Notes under the pieces: model-generated
Told to the model about the DNA's origin: nothing
The model's input: only the letters and a program-made list of their open reading frames with translations
The model's database searches: none
NCBI GenBank assembly: GCA_964276515.1
Contig: OZ193910.1
Span: forward strand, 7,006,001 to 7,070,000
DNA from: Gordius albopunctatus
Taxonomy: Eukaryota
Direction: 5' to 3'
Length of the DNA stretch: 64,000 nt
Program-made: the position numbers and the translations under genes
In this document: in pieces, positions 25,201 through 39,300 of the stretch
How the letters are laid out: every line of letters begins with the position of its first letter
Position numbering within the stretch: position 1 is the stretch's first letter

Positions 25201-27141
25201 TTTTTTACCGAAAACTTTCATGAGAGCTATATGGTTGAAGAAAAAATTGAAAAAATTATGAGGTCGAAAAAAATATTATTTTTCATATTATTTCGAAAGG
25301 GAGATGAAAAAATCTTTAAAGGTTAGTAAATACTCTTAGAATTTTGTCCTTGTTTGAATCTTGATAGGAACTTTTGCGTGGGGTGATGTTTTAGATTGAG
25401 AGAAATTAAAATTTTCGTGCTGCGTTTAGATTGTTTCAATATCGCTTTATAAGTGTGTCTCTAGTTTTAGTGAAACAAGCTCCATGCGATCGTGATTTAG
25501 AGTTAATAATTTTTGATGACTGATCAAAAAAAATGTTTTTAAAGGAATTAACATTTTTTACCGAAGAATTTCTTAGAGCTATATGGTTGAACAAAAAAAT
25601 TGATAAAATTTTGAGGTCGAAAAAATATTATTTTTCATATTCTTTCGAAAGGGATATGAAAAAATCTTTAAAAGTTAGTAAATATTCTTAGCATTTTATC
25701 CTTGTTAGAATCTTGATAGGAATTTTTGCGTGGGGGGATGTTTTAGATTGAGAGAAATTAAAATTTAGGTGTTGCGTTTATATTGTTTCAATATCGCTTT
25801 ATAAGCGTGTCTCTAGTTTTAGTGAAACAAGCTCTATGCGATCGTGATTTAGAGTTAATAATTTTTGATGACTGATCAAAAAAATGTTTTTAAAGGAATT
25901 CACCTCTTATACCGAAAACTTTCATGAGAGCTATATGGTTGAACAAAAAAAATTAAAACAATTTTGAGGTCGAAAAAAATATTATTTTTCATATTCTTTC
26001 GAAAGGGAGATGAAAAAAGAATTTTTGCGTGGGGGATGTTTGAGATTGAGAGAAATTAAAATTTTCGTGTTGCGTTTAGATTGTTTCAATATCGCTTTAT
26101 AAGCGTGTTTCTAGTTTTAGTGAAACAGGCTCTATGCGATCGTGATTTAGAGTTAATAATTTTTGATGACTGATCAAAAAAAATGTTTTTCAAGGAATTA
26201 ACATTTTTTACCGAAGAATTTCTTAGAGCTATATGGTTGAACAAAAAAATTGATAAAATTTTGAGGTCGAAAAAATATTGATTTTCATATTCTTTCGAAA
26301 GGGAGATGAAAAAATCTTTAAAAGTTAGTAAATATTCTTAGAATTTTGTCCTTGTTTGAATCTTGATAGGAACTTTTGCGTGGGGTGATGTTTTAGATTG
26401 AGAGAAATTAAAATTTTCGTGCTGCGTTTAGATTGTTTCAATATCGCTTTATAAGTGTGTCTCTAGTTTTAGTGAAACAAGATCCATGCGATCGTGATTT
26501 AGAGTTAATAATTTTTGATGACTGATCAAAAAAAATGTTTTTAAAGGAATTAACATTTTTTACCGAAGAATTTCTTAGAGCTATATGGTTGAACAAAAAA
26601 ATTGATAAAATTTTGAGGTCGAAAAAATATTGATTTTCATATTCTTTCGAAAGGGAGATGAAAAAATCTTTAAAAGTTAGTAAATATTCTTAGCATTTTG
26701 TCCTTGTTAGAATCTTGATAGGAATTTATGCGTGGGAGGATGTTTTAGATTGAGAGAAATTAAAATTTAGGTGTTGCGTTTATATTGTTTCAATATCGCT
26801 TTATAAGCGTGTCTCTAGTTTTTGTGAAACAAGCTCTATGCGATCGTGATTTAGAGTTAATAATTTTTGATGACTGATCAAAAAAATGTTTTTAAAGGAA
26901 TTCACCTCTTATACCGAAAACTTTCATGAGAGCTATATGGTTGAACAAAAAAATTGAAAAAATTTTGAGGTCGAAAAAAATATTATTTTTCATATTCTTT
27001 CGAAAGGGATGATGAAAAAACCTTTAAAAGATAGTAAATACTCATAGAATTTTGTCCTTGTTAGAATCTTGATAGGAACTTTTGCGTGGGGTGATGTTTT
27101 AGATTGAGAGAAATTAAAATTTTCGTGTTGCGTTTAGATTG
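19223..27141 (+). repeat. SatA forward array (~22 monomers), mostly a distinct variant subfamily after ~19960
   Basis: Orientation reverts at GCTATATGGTTGAAC (19223). Diagnostic variants GGAACTTTTG, AATTAGAATT, AAAGATTTTAAA and GGAATTAACATTTTTTACCG appear. Confidence 0.98.
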
Positions 27142-27341
27142 NNNNNNNNNNNNNNNNNNNNNNNNNNNNNNNNNNNNNNNNNNNNNNNNNNNNNNNNNNN
27201 NNNNNNNNNNNNNNNNNNNNNNNNNNNNNNNNNNNNNNNNNNNNNNNNNNNNNNNNNNNNNNNNNNNNNNNNNNNNNNNNNNNNNNNNNNNNNNNNNNNN
27301 NNNNNNNNNNNNNNNNNNNNNNNNNNNNNNNNNNNNNNNNN
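27142..27341. other. Assembly gap (200 N)
   Basis: Run of exactly 200 N, probably a fixed-size scaffold spacer. Confidence 0.99.
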
Positions 27342-30300
27342 TATTATTCTCAAATGAGCTTACTTTTAAATATTTTTTCAAGCTCTTTTATATAAAATAA
27401 CAAAAATTATATTTTTTTAGCTCCGAATAATTTACAATATTTTCCTTTCAACCATATTCAACCGATGAAAGTTTTTATTTTCAGACGTGATTTCCATGAT
27501 AAAAAGTTAAAATTTATCAGAATTAGAGAACTATTACTTTGAAATCATCCTCGCATAGAGCATGTTTCAAAAATTAAGCACTCACGTTGCGATACAACAA
27601 ACTAATCGCAACAATATAACGTTGTCTTTTCTCAAAATGATTGTTCTCTCAGCTTGAAACTTCTTATATGAAGTCGATCGAGAAAAATAGGATTCTCAAA
27701 TGAGCTTACTTTTTTATATTTTTTCAAGCTCTTTTACATAAAATAACAAAAAATATGATTTTTCAGGTTAAAATAATTCACAATTTTTTCCTTTCATTCA
27801 TATTCAACCGATGAAAGTTTTTATTTTCAGACGTGATTTCCATGATAAAAAGTTAAAATTTATCAGAATTAGAGAACTATTATTTGAAATCATCATCGCA
27901 TAGAGCATGTTTCAAAAATTAAGCACTCACTTTGCGATACAACAAACTAATCGCCACAATATAACGTTGTCTTTTCTCAAAATGATTGTTCTCGCAGCTT
28001 AAAAATTCTTATAAGGAGTCGATCGAGAATAATAGGATTCTCAAATGAGCTTACTTTTATATATTTTATCAAGCTCTTTTATATAAAATAATAAAAAATA
28101 TATTATTTAGCTCCGAATAACTCACAATTTTTTCCATTGAACCATATTCATCCAATGAAAGTTTTATTTTCCGACCTGATTTCCATGATAAAAAGTTAAA
28201 ATTTATCAGAATTAGAGAACTATTATTTGAAATCATCATCGCATAGAGCATGTTTCAAAAATTAAGCACTCACTTTGCGATACAACAAACTAATCGCAAC
28301 AATATAACGTTGTCTTTTTTCAAAATGATAGTTCTCTCAGCTTGAAACTTCTTATATGGAGTCGATCGAGAAAAATAGGATTCTCAAATGAGCTTACTTT
28401 TTTATATTTTTTCAAGCTCTTTTACATAAAATAACAAAAAATATGATTTTTCAGGTTAAAATAATTCACAATTTTTTCCTTTCATTCATATTCAACCGAT
28501 GAAAGTTTTTATTTTCAGACGTGATTTCCACGATAAAAAGTTAAAATTTATCAGAATTAGAGAACTATTATTTGAAATCATCATCGCATAGAGCATGTTT
28601 CAAAAATTAAGCACTCACGTTGCGATACAACAAACTAATCGCAACAATATAACGTTGACTTTTCTCAAAATGATTGTTCTCGCAACTTTAAACTTCTTAT
28701 AAGGATTCGATCGAGAATAATAGGATTCTTAAATGAGCTTACTTTTAAATATTTTTTCAAGCTCTTTTATATAAAATAACAAAAATTATATTTTTTTAGC
28801 TCCGAATAATTCACAATATTTTCCTTTCAACCATATTCAACCGATGAAAGTTTTTATTTTCAGACGTGATTTCCATGATAAAAAGTTAAAATTTATCAGA
28901 ATTAGAGAACTATTATTTGAAATCATCATCGCATAGAGCATGTTTCAAAAATTAAGCAGTCACTTTGCGATACAACAAACTAATCGCAACAATATAACGT
29001 TGTCTTTTCTCAAAATGATTGTTCTCGCAGCTTAAAAATTAAGGAGTCGATCGAGAATAATAGGTTTCTCAAATGAGCTTACCTTTATATATTTTTTCAA
29101 GCTCTTTTACATAGAATAACAAAAAAAATATTTTTTCAGGTTAAAATAATTCACAATTTTTTCCTTTCAACCATATTCAACCGATGAAAGTTTTATTTTC
29201 CGACCTGATTTCCATGATAAAAAGTTATAATTTATCAGAATTAGAGAACTATTATTTGAAATCATCATCGCATAGAGCATGTTTCAAAAATTAAGCACTC
29301 ACTTTGCGATACAAGAAACTAATCGCAACAATATAACGTTGACTTTTCTCAAAATGATTGTTCTCGCAACTTTAAACTTTTTATAAGGATTCGATCGAGA
29401 ATAATAGGATTCTTAAATGAGCTTACTTTTAAATATTTTTTCAAGCTCTTTTATATAAAATAACAAAAATTATATTTTTTTAGCTCCGAATAATTCACAA
29501 TATTTTCCTTTCAACCATATTCAACCGATGAAAGTTTTTATTTTCAGACGTGATTTCCATGATAAAAAGTTAAAATTTATCAGAATTAGAGAACTATTAC
29601 TTTGAAATCATCCTCGCATAGAGCATGTTTCAAAAATTAAGCACTCACGTTGCGATACAACAAAGTAATCGCAACAATATAACGTTGTCTTTTCTCAAAA
29701 TGATAGTTCTCGCAGCTTGAAACTTCTTATATGGAGTCGATCGAGAATAATATTATTCTCAAATGAGCTTACTTTTAAATATTTTTTCAAGCTCTTTTAT
29801 ATAAAATAACAAAAATTATATTTTTTTAGCTCCGAATAATTCACAATATTTTCCTTTCAACCATATTCAACCGATGAAAGTTTTTATTTTCAGACGTGAT
29901 TTCCATGATAAAAAGTTATAATTTATCAGAATTAGAGAACTATTATTTGAAATCATCATCGCATAGAGCATGTTTCAAAAATTAAGCACTCACTTTGCGA
30001 TACAAGAAACTAATCGCAACAATATAACGTTGACTTTTCTCAAAATGATTGTTCTCGCAACTTTAAACTTTTTATAAGGATTCGATCGAGAATAATAGGA
30101 TTCTTAAATGAGCTTACTTTTAAATATTTTTTCAAGCTCTTTTATATAAAATAACAAAAATTATATTTTTTTAGCTCCGAATAATTCACAATATTTTCCT
30201 TTCAACCATATTCAACCGATGAAAGTTTTTATTTTCAGACGTGATTTCCATGATAAAAAGTTAAAATTTATCAGAATTAGAGAACTATTACTTTGAAATC

Positions 30301-33300
30301 ATCCTCGCATAGAGCATGTTTCAAAAATTAAGCACTCACGTTGCGATACAACAAAGTAATCGCAACAATATAACGTTGTCTTTTCTCAAAATGATAGTTC
30401 TCGCAGCTTGAAACTTCTTATATGGAGTCGATCGAGAATAATATTATTCTCAAATGAGCTTACTTTTAAATATTTTTTCAAGCTCTTTTATATAAAATAA
30501 CAAAAATTATATTTTTTTAGCTCCGAATAATTCACAATATTTTCCTTTCAACCATATTCAACCGATGAAAGTTTTTATTTTCAGACGTGATTTCCATGAT
30601 AAAAAGTTAAAATTTATCAGAATTAGAGAACTATTTTTTTGAAATCATCATCGCATAGAGCATGTTTCAAAAATTAAGCACTCACTTTGCGATACAAGAA
30701 ACTAATCGCAACAATATAACGTTGACTTTTCTCAAAATGATTGTTCTCGCAACTTTAAACTTTTTATAAGGATTCGATCGAGAAAAATAGGATTCTCAAA
30801 TGAGCTTACTTTTTTATATTTTTTCAAGCTCTTTTACATAAAATAACAAAAAAAATATTTTTTCAGGTTAAAATAATTCACAATTTTTTCCTTTCAACCA
30901 TATTCAACCGATGAAAGTTTTATTTTCCGACCTGATTTCCATGATAAAAAGTTATAATTTATCAGAATTAGAGAACTATTATTTGAAATCATCATCGCAT
31001 AGAGCATGTTTCAAAAATTAAGCACTCACTTTGCGATACAAGAAACTAATCGCAACAATATAACGTTGACTTTTCTCAAAATGATTGTTCTCGCAACTTT
31101 AAACTTTTTATAAGGATTCGATCGAGAATAATAGGATTCTTAAATGAGCTTACTTTTAAATATTTTTTCAAGCTCTTTTATATAAAATAACAAAAATTAT
31201 ATTTTTTTAGCTCCGAATAATTCACAATATTTTCCTTTCAACCATATTCAACCGATGAAAGTTTTTATTTTCAGACGTGATTTCCATGATAAAAAGTTAA
31301 AATTTATCAGAATTAGAGAACTATTATTTGAAATCATCATCGCATAGAGCATGTTTCAAAAATTAAGCAGTCACTTTGCGATACAACAAACTAATCGCAA
31401 CAATATAACGTTGTCTTTTCTCAAAATGATTGTTCTCGCAGCTTAAAAATTAAGGAGTCGATCGAGAATAATAGGTTTCTCAAATGAGCTTACCTTTATA
31501 TATTTTTTCAAGCTCTTTTACATAGAATAACAAAAAAAATATTTTTTCAGGTTAAAATAATTCACAATTTTTTCCTTTCAACCATATTCAACCGATGAAA
31601 GTTTTATTTTCCGACCTGATTTCCATGATAAAAAGTTATAATTTATCAGAATTAGAGAACTATTATTTGAAATCATCATCGCATAGAGCATGTTTCAAAA
31701 ATTAAGCACTCACTTTGCGATACAAGAAACTAATCGCAACAATATAACGTTGTCTTTTCTCAAAATGATTGTTCTCGCAGATTAAAAATTGTTATAAGGA
31801 GTATATCGAGAATAATAGGATTCTCAAATGAGCTTACTTTTATATATTTTTTCAAGCTCTTTTACATAAAATAACAAAAAATATATTTTTTCAGGTTAAA
31901 ATAATTCACAATTTTTTCCTTTCAAACATATTCATCCGATAAAAGTTGTTATTTTCAGACGTGATTTCCATGATAAAAAGTTAAAATTTATCAGAATTAG
32001 AGAACTATTACTTTGAAATCATCCTCGCATAGAGCATGTTTCAAAAATTAAGCACTCACGTTGCGATACAACAAACTAATCGCAACAATATAACGTTGTC
32101 TTTTCTCAAAATGATAGTTCTCGCAGCTTGAAACTTCTTATATGGAGTCGATCGAGAATAATATTATTCTCAAATGAGCTTACTTTTAAATATTTTTTCA
32201 AGCTCTTTTATATAAAATAACAAAAATTATATTTTTTTAGCTCCGAATAATTCACAATATTTTCCTTTCAACCATATTCATCCAATGAAAGTTTTATTTT
32301 CCGACCTGATTTCCATGATAAAAAGTTGAAATTTATCCGAATTAGAGAACTATTACTTTGAAATCATCATCGCATAGAGAATGTTTAAAATTAAGCACTC
32401 ACGTTGCGATACAACAAACTAATCGCAACAATATAACGTTGTCTTTTCTCAAAATGATAGTTATCTCAGTTTGAAACTTCTTATATGGAGTCGATCGAGA
32501 AAAATAGGATTCTCAAATGAGCTTACTTTTTTATATTTTTTCAAGCTCTTTTACATAAAATAACAAAAAATATGATTTTTCAGGTTAAAATAATTCACAA
32601 TTTTTTCCTTTCATTCATATTCAACCGATGAAAGTTTTTATTTTCAGACGTGATTTCCATGATTTAAAGTTAAAATTTATCAGAATTAGAGAACTATTAC
32701 TTTGAAATCATCCTTGCATAGAGCATGTTTCAAAAATTAAGCACTCACGTTGCGATACAACAAACTAATCGCAACAATATAACGTTGTCTTTTCTCAAAA
32801 TGATTGTTCTCTCAGCTTGAAACTTCTTATATGGAGTCGATCGAGAAAAATAGGATTCTCAAATGAGCTTACTTTTTTATATTTTTTCAAGCTCTTTTAC
32901 ATAAAATAACAAAAAATATGATTTTTCAGGTTAAAATAATTCACAATTTTTTCCTTTCATTCATATTCAACCGATGAAAGTTTTTATTTTGAGACGTGAT
33001 TTCCACGATAAAAAGTTAAAATTTATCAGAATTAGAGAACTATTATTTGAAATCATCATCGCATAGAGAATGTTTCAAAAATTAAGCACTCACGTTGCGA
33101 TACAACAAACTAATCGCAACAATATAACGTTGACTTTTCTCAAAATGATTGTTCTCGCAACTTTAAACTTCTTATAAGGATTCGATCGAGAATAATAGGA
33201 TTCTTAAATGAGCTTACTTTTAAATATTTTTTCAAGCTCTTTTATATAAAATAACAAAAATTATATTTTTTTAGCTCCGAATAATTCACAATATTTTCCT

Positions 33301-36300
33301 TTCAACCATATTCAACCGATGAAAGTTTTTATTTTCAGACGTGATTTCCATGATAAAAAGTTAAAATTTATCAGAATTAGAGAACTATTATTTGAAATCA
33401 TCATCGCATAGAGCATGTTTCAAAAATTAAGCAGTCACTTTGCGATACAACAAACTAATCGCAACAATATAACGTTGTCTTTTCTCAAAATGATTGTTCT
33501 CGCAGCTTAAAAATTAAGGAGTCGATCGAGAATAATAGGTTTCTCAAATGAGCTTACCTTTATATATTTTTTCAAGCTCTTTTACATAGAATAACAAAAA
33601 AAATATTTTTTCAGGTTAAAATAATTCACAATTTTTTCCTTTCAACCATATTCAACCGATGAAAGTTTTATTTTCCGACCTGATTTCCATGATAAAAAGT
33701 TATAATTTATCAGAATTAGAGAACTATTATTTGAAATCATCATCGCATAGAGCATGTTTCAAAAATTAAGCACTCACTTTGCGATACAAGAAACTAATCG
33801 CAACAATATAACGTTGTCTTTTCTCAAAATGATTTTTCTCGCAGATTAAAAATTGTTATAAGGAGTATATCGAGAATAATAGGATTCTCAAATGAGCTTA
33901 CTTTTATATATTTTTTCAAGCTCTTTTACATAAAATAACAAAAAATATATTTTTTCAGGTTAAAATAATTCACAATTTTTTCCTTTCAAACATATTCATC
34001 CGATAAAAGTTGTTATTTTCAGACGTGATTTCCATGATAAAAAGTTAAAATTTATCAGAATTAGAGAACTATTACTTTGAAATCATCCTCGCATAGAGCA
34101 TGTTTCAAAAATTAAGCACTCACGTTGCGATACAACAAACTAATCGCAACAATATAACGTTGTCTTTTCTCAAAATGATAGTTCTCGCAGCTTGAAACTT
34201 CTTATATGGAGTCGATCGAGAATAATATTATTCTCAAATGAGCTTACTTTTAAATATTTTTTCAAGCTCTTTTATATAAAATAACAAAAATTATATTTTT
34301 TTAGCTCCGAATAATTCACAATATTTTCCTTTCAACCATATTCATCCAATGAAAGTTTTATTTTCCGACCTGATTTCCATGATAAAAAGTTGAAATTTAT
34401 CCGAATTAGAGAACTATTACTTTGAAATCATCATCGCATAGAGAATGTTTAAAATTAAGCACTCACGTTGCGATACAACAAACTAATCGCAACAATATAA
34501 CGTTGTCTTTTCTCAAAATGATAGTTATCTCAGTTTGAAACTTCTTATATGGAGTCGATCGAGAAAAATAGGATTCTCAAATGAGCTTACTTTTTTATAT
34601 TTTTTCAAGCTCTTTTACATAAAATAACAAAAAATATGATTTTTCAGGTTAAAATAATTCACAATTTTTTCCTTTCATTCATATTCAACCGATGAAAGTT
34701 TTTATTTTCAGACGTGATTTCCATGATTTAAAGTTAAAATTTATCAGAATTAGAGAACTATTACTTTGAAATCATCCTTGCATAGAGCATGTTTCAAAAA
34801 TTAAGCACTCACGTTGCGATACAACAAACTAATCGCAACAATATAACGTTGTCTTTTCTCAAAATGATTGTTCTCTCAGCTTGAAACTTCTTATATGGAG
34901 TCGATCGAGAAAAATAGGATTCTCAAATGAGCTTACTTTTTTATATTTTTTCAAGCTCTTTTACATAAAATAACAAAAAATATGATTTTTCAGGTTAAAA
35001 TAATTCACAATTTTTTCCTTTCATTCATATTCAACCGATGAAAGTTTTTATTTTGAGACGTGATTTCCACGATAAAAAGTTAAAATTTATCAGAATTAGA
35101 GAACTATTATTTGAAATCATCATCGCATAGAGAATGTTTCAAAAATTAAGCACTCACGTTGCGATACAACAAACTAATCGCAACAATATAACGTTGACTT
35201 TTCTCAAAATGATTGTTCTCGCAACTTTAAACTTCTTATAAGGATTCGATCGAGAATAATAGGATTCTTAAATGAGCTTACTTTTAAATATTTTTTCAAG
35301 CTCTTTTATATAAAATAACAAAAATTATATTTTTTTAGCTCCGAATAATTCACAATATTTTCCTTTCAACCATATTCAACCGATGAAAGTTTTTATTTTC
35401 AGACGTGATTTCCATGATAAAAAGTTAAAATTTATAAAATTAGAGAACTATTACTTTGAAATCATCCTCGCATAGAGCATGTTTCAAAAATTAAGCACTC
35501 ACGTTGCGATACAACAAACTAATCGCAACAATATAACGTTGTCTTTTCTCAAAATCATAGTTCTCGCAGCGTAAAAATTCTTATAAGGAGTCGATCGAGA
35601 ATAATACGATTCTCAAATTAGCTTATTTTTATATATTTTATCAAGCTCTTTTATATAAAATAATAAAAAATATATTATTTAGCTCCAAATAACTCACAAT
35701 TTTTTCCATTCAACCATATTCAACCGATGAAAGTTTTTATTTTCAGACGTGATTTCCATGATAAAAAGTTAAAATTTATTAGAATTAGAGAACTATTATT
35801 TGAAATCATCATCGCATACAGCATGTTTCAAAAATTAAGCACTCACGTTGCGATACAACAAACTAATCGCAACAATATAACGTTGTCTTTTCTCAAAATG
35901 ATAGTTCTCGCAGCTTAAAAATTAAGGAGTCGATCGAGAATAATAGGTTTCTCAAATTAGCTTATTTTTATATATTTTATCAAGCTCTTTTATATAAAAT
36001 AATAAAAAATATATTATTTAGCTCCAAATAACTCACAATTTTTTCCATTCAACCATATTCATCCAATGAAAGTTTTATTTTCCGACCTGATTTCCATGAT
36101 AAAAAGTTAAAATTTATCAGAATTAGAGAACTATTATTTGAAATCATCATCGCATAGAGCATGTTTCAAAAATTAAGCACTCACTTTGCGATACCACAAA
36201 CTAATCGCAACAATATAACGTTGTTTTTTCTCAAAATGATTTTTCTCGCAGATTAAAAATTCTTATAAGGAGTCGATCGAGAATAATACGATTCTCAAAT

Positions 36301-39300
36301 TAGCTTATTTTTATATATTTTATCAAGCTCTTTTATATAAAATAATAAAAAATATATTATTTAGCTCCGAATAACTCACAATTTTTTCCATTCAACCATA
36401 TTCATCCAATGAAAGTTTTATTTTCCGACCTGATTTCCATGATAAAAAGTTAAAATTTATCAGAATTAGAGAACTATTATTTGAAATCATCATCGCATAG
36501 AGCATGTTTCAAAAATTAAGCACTCACTTTGCGATACAACAAACTAATCGCAACAATATAACGTTGTTTTTTCTCAAAATGATTGTTCTCGCAGATTAAA
36601 AATTCTTATAAGGAGTCGATCGAGAATAATAGGATTCTCAAATGAGCTTACTTTTATATATTTTTTCAAGCTCTTTTAGATAAAATAACAAAAAATATAT
36701 TTTTTCAGGTTAAAATACTTCACAATTTTTTCCTTTCAACAATATTCAACCGATGAAAGTTTTTATTTTCAGACGTGATTTCCATGATAAAAAGTCAAAA
36801 TTTATCAGAATTAGAAAACTATTACTTTTAAATCATCATCGCATAGAGCATGTTTCAAAGATTAAGCACTCACGTTGCGATACAACAAACTAATCGCAAC
36901 AATATAACGTTGTCTTTTCTCAAAATGATAGTTCTCGCAGCTTGAAACTTCTTATATGGAGTCGATCGAGAAAAATAGGATTCTCAAATGAGCTTACTTT
37001 TTTATATTTTTTCAAGCTCTTTTAGATAAAATAACAAAAAATATATTTTTTCAGGTTAAAATACTTCACAATTTTTTCCTTTCAACAATATTCAACCGAT
37101 AAAAGTTTTTATTTTCAGACGTGATTTCCATGATAAAAAGTCAAAATTTATCAGAATTAGAAAACTATTACTTTTAAATCATCATCGCATAGAGCATGTT
37201 TCAAAGATTAAGCACTCACGTTGCGATACAACAAACTAATCGCAACAATATAGCGTTGTCTTTTCTCAAAATGATAGTTCTCGCAGCTTGAAACTTCTTA
37301 TATGGAGTCGATCGAGAAAAATAGGATTCTCAAATGAGCTTACTTTTTATATTTTTTCAAGCTCTTTTACATAAAATAACAAAAAATATATTTTTTCAGG
37401 TTAAAATAATTCACAATTTTTTCCTTTCAACCATATTCAACCGATGAAAGTTTTTATTTTCAGACGTGATTTCCATGATAAAAAGTCAAAATTTATCAGA
37501 ATTAGAGAACTATTACTTTTAAATCATCATCGCATAGAGCATTTTTCAAAGATTAAGCACTCACGTTGCGATACAACAAACTAATCGCAACAATATAACG
37601 TTGTCTTTTCTCAAAATGATAGTTCTCGCAGCTTGAAACTTCTTATATGGAGTCGATCGAGAAAAATAGGATTCTCAAATGAGCTTACTTTTTTATATTT
37701 TTTCAAGCTCTTTTACATAAAATAACAAAAATTATATTTTTCAGGTTAAAATAATTCACAATTTTTTCCTTTCAACCATATTAACCGATGAAAGTTTTTA
37801 TTTTCAGACGTGATTTCCATGATAAAAAGTCAAAATTTATCAGAATTAGAAAACTATTACTTTTAAATCATCATCGCATAGAGCATTTTTCAAAAATTAG
37901 GCACTCACGTTGCGATACAACAAACTAATCGCAACAATATAACGTTGTTTTTTCTCAAAATGATTTTTCTCGCAGATTAAAAATTCTTATAAGGAGTCGA
38001 TCGAGAATAATACGATTCTCAAATTAGCTTATTTTTATATATTTTATCAAGCTCTTTTATATAAAATAATAAAAAATATATTATTTAGCTCCGAATAACT
38101 CACAATTTTTTCCATTCAACCATATTCATCCAATGAAAGTTTTATTTTCCGACCTGATTTCCATGATAAAAAGTTAAAATTTATCAGAATTAGAGAACTA
38201 TTATTTGAAATCATCATCGCATAGAGCATGTTTCAAAAATTAAGCACTCACTTTGCGATACAACAAACTAATCGCAACAATATAACGTTGTTTTTTCTCA
38301 AAATGATTGTTCTCGCAGATTAAAAATTCTTATAAGGAGTCGATCGAGAATAATAGGATTCTCAAATAAGCTTACTTTTATATATTTTTTCAAGCTCTTT
38401 TAGATAAAATAACAAAAAATATATTTTTTCAGGTTAAAATACTTCACAATTTTTTCCTTTCAACAATATTCAACCGATGAAAGTTTTTATTTTCAGACGT
38501 GATTTCCATGATAAAAAGTCAAAATTTATCAGAATTAGAAAACTATTACTTTTAAATCATCATCGCATAGAGCATGTTTCAAAGATTAAGCACTCACGTT
38601 GCGATACAACAAACTAATCGCAACAATATAACGTTGTCTTTTCTCAAAATGATAGTTCTCGCAGCTTGAAACTTCTTATATGGAGTCGATCGAGAAAAAT
38701 AGGATTCTCAAATGAGCTTACTTTTTATATTTTTTCAAGCTCTTTTACATAAAATAACAAAAAATATATTTTTTCAGGTTAAAATAATTCACAATTTTTT
38801 CCTTTCAACCATATTCAACCGATGAAAGTTTTTATTTTCAGACGTGATTTCCATGATAAAAAGTCAAAATTTATCAGAATTAGAGAACTATTACTTTTAA
38901 ATCATCATCGAATAGAGCATTTTTCAAAGATTAAGCACTCACGTTGCGATACAACAAACTAATCGCAACAATATAACGTTGTCTTTTCTCAAAATGATAG
39001 TTCTCGCAGCTTGAAACTTCTTATAAGGAGTCGATCGAGAATAATAGGATTCTCAAATAAGCTTACTTTTATATATTTTTTCAAGCTCTTTTAGATAAAA
39101 TAACAAAAAATATATTTTTTCAGGTTAAAATACTTCACAATTTTTTCCTTTCAACCATATTCAACCGATGAAATTTTTTATTTTCAGACGTGATTTCCAT
39201 GATAAAAAGTCAAAATTTATCAGAATTAGAAAACTATTACTTTTAAATCATCATCGCATAGAGCATGTTTCAAAAATTAAGCACTCACGTTGCGATACAA

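Noticed and set aside
27061..27400. ORFs spanning the N run
   Set aside because: Artefacts of translating Ns.
27755..27835. TTTTCAG splice-acceptor-like motifs in SatB
   Set aside because: Expected in T-rich sequence; no coherent exon structure.
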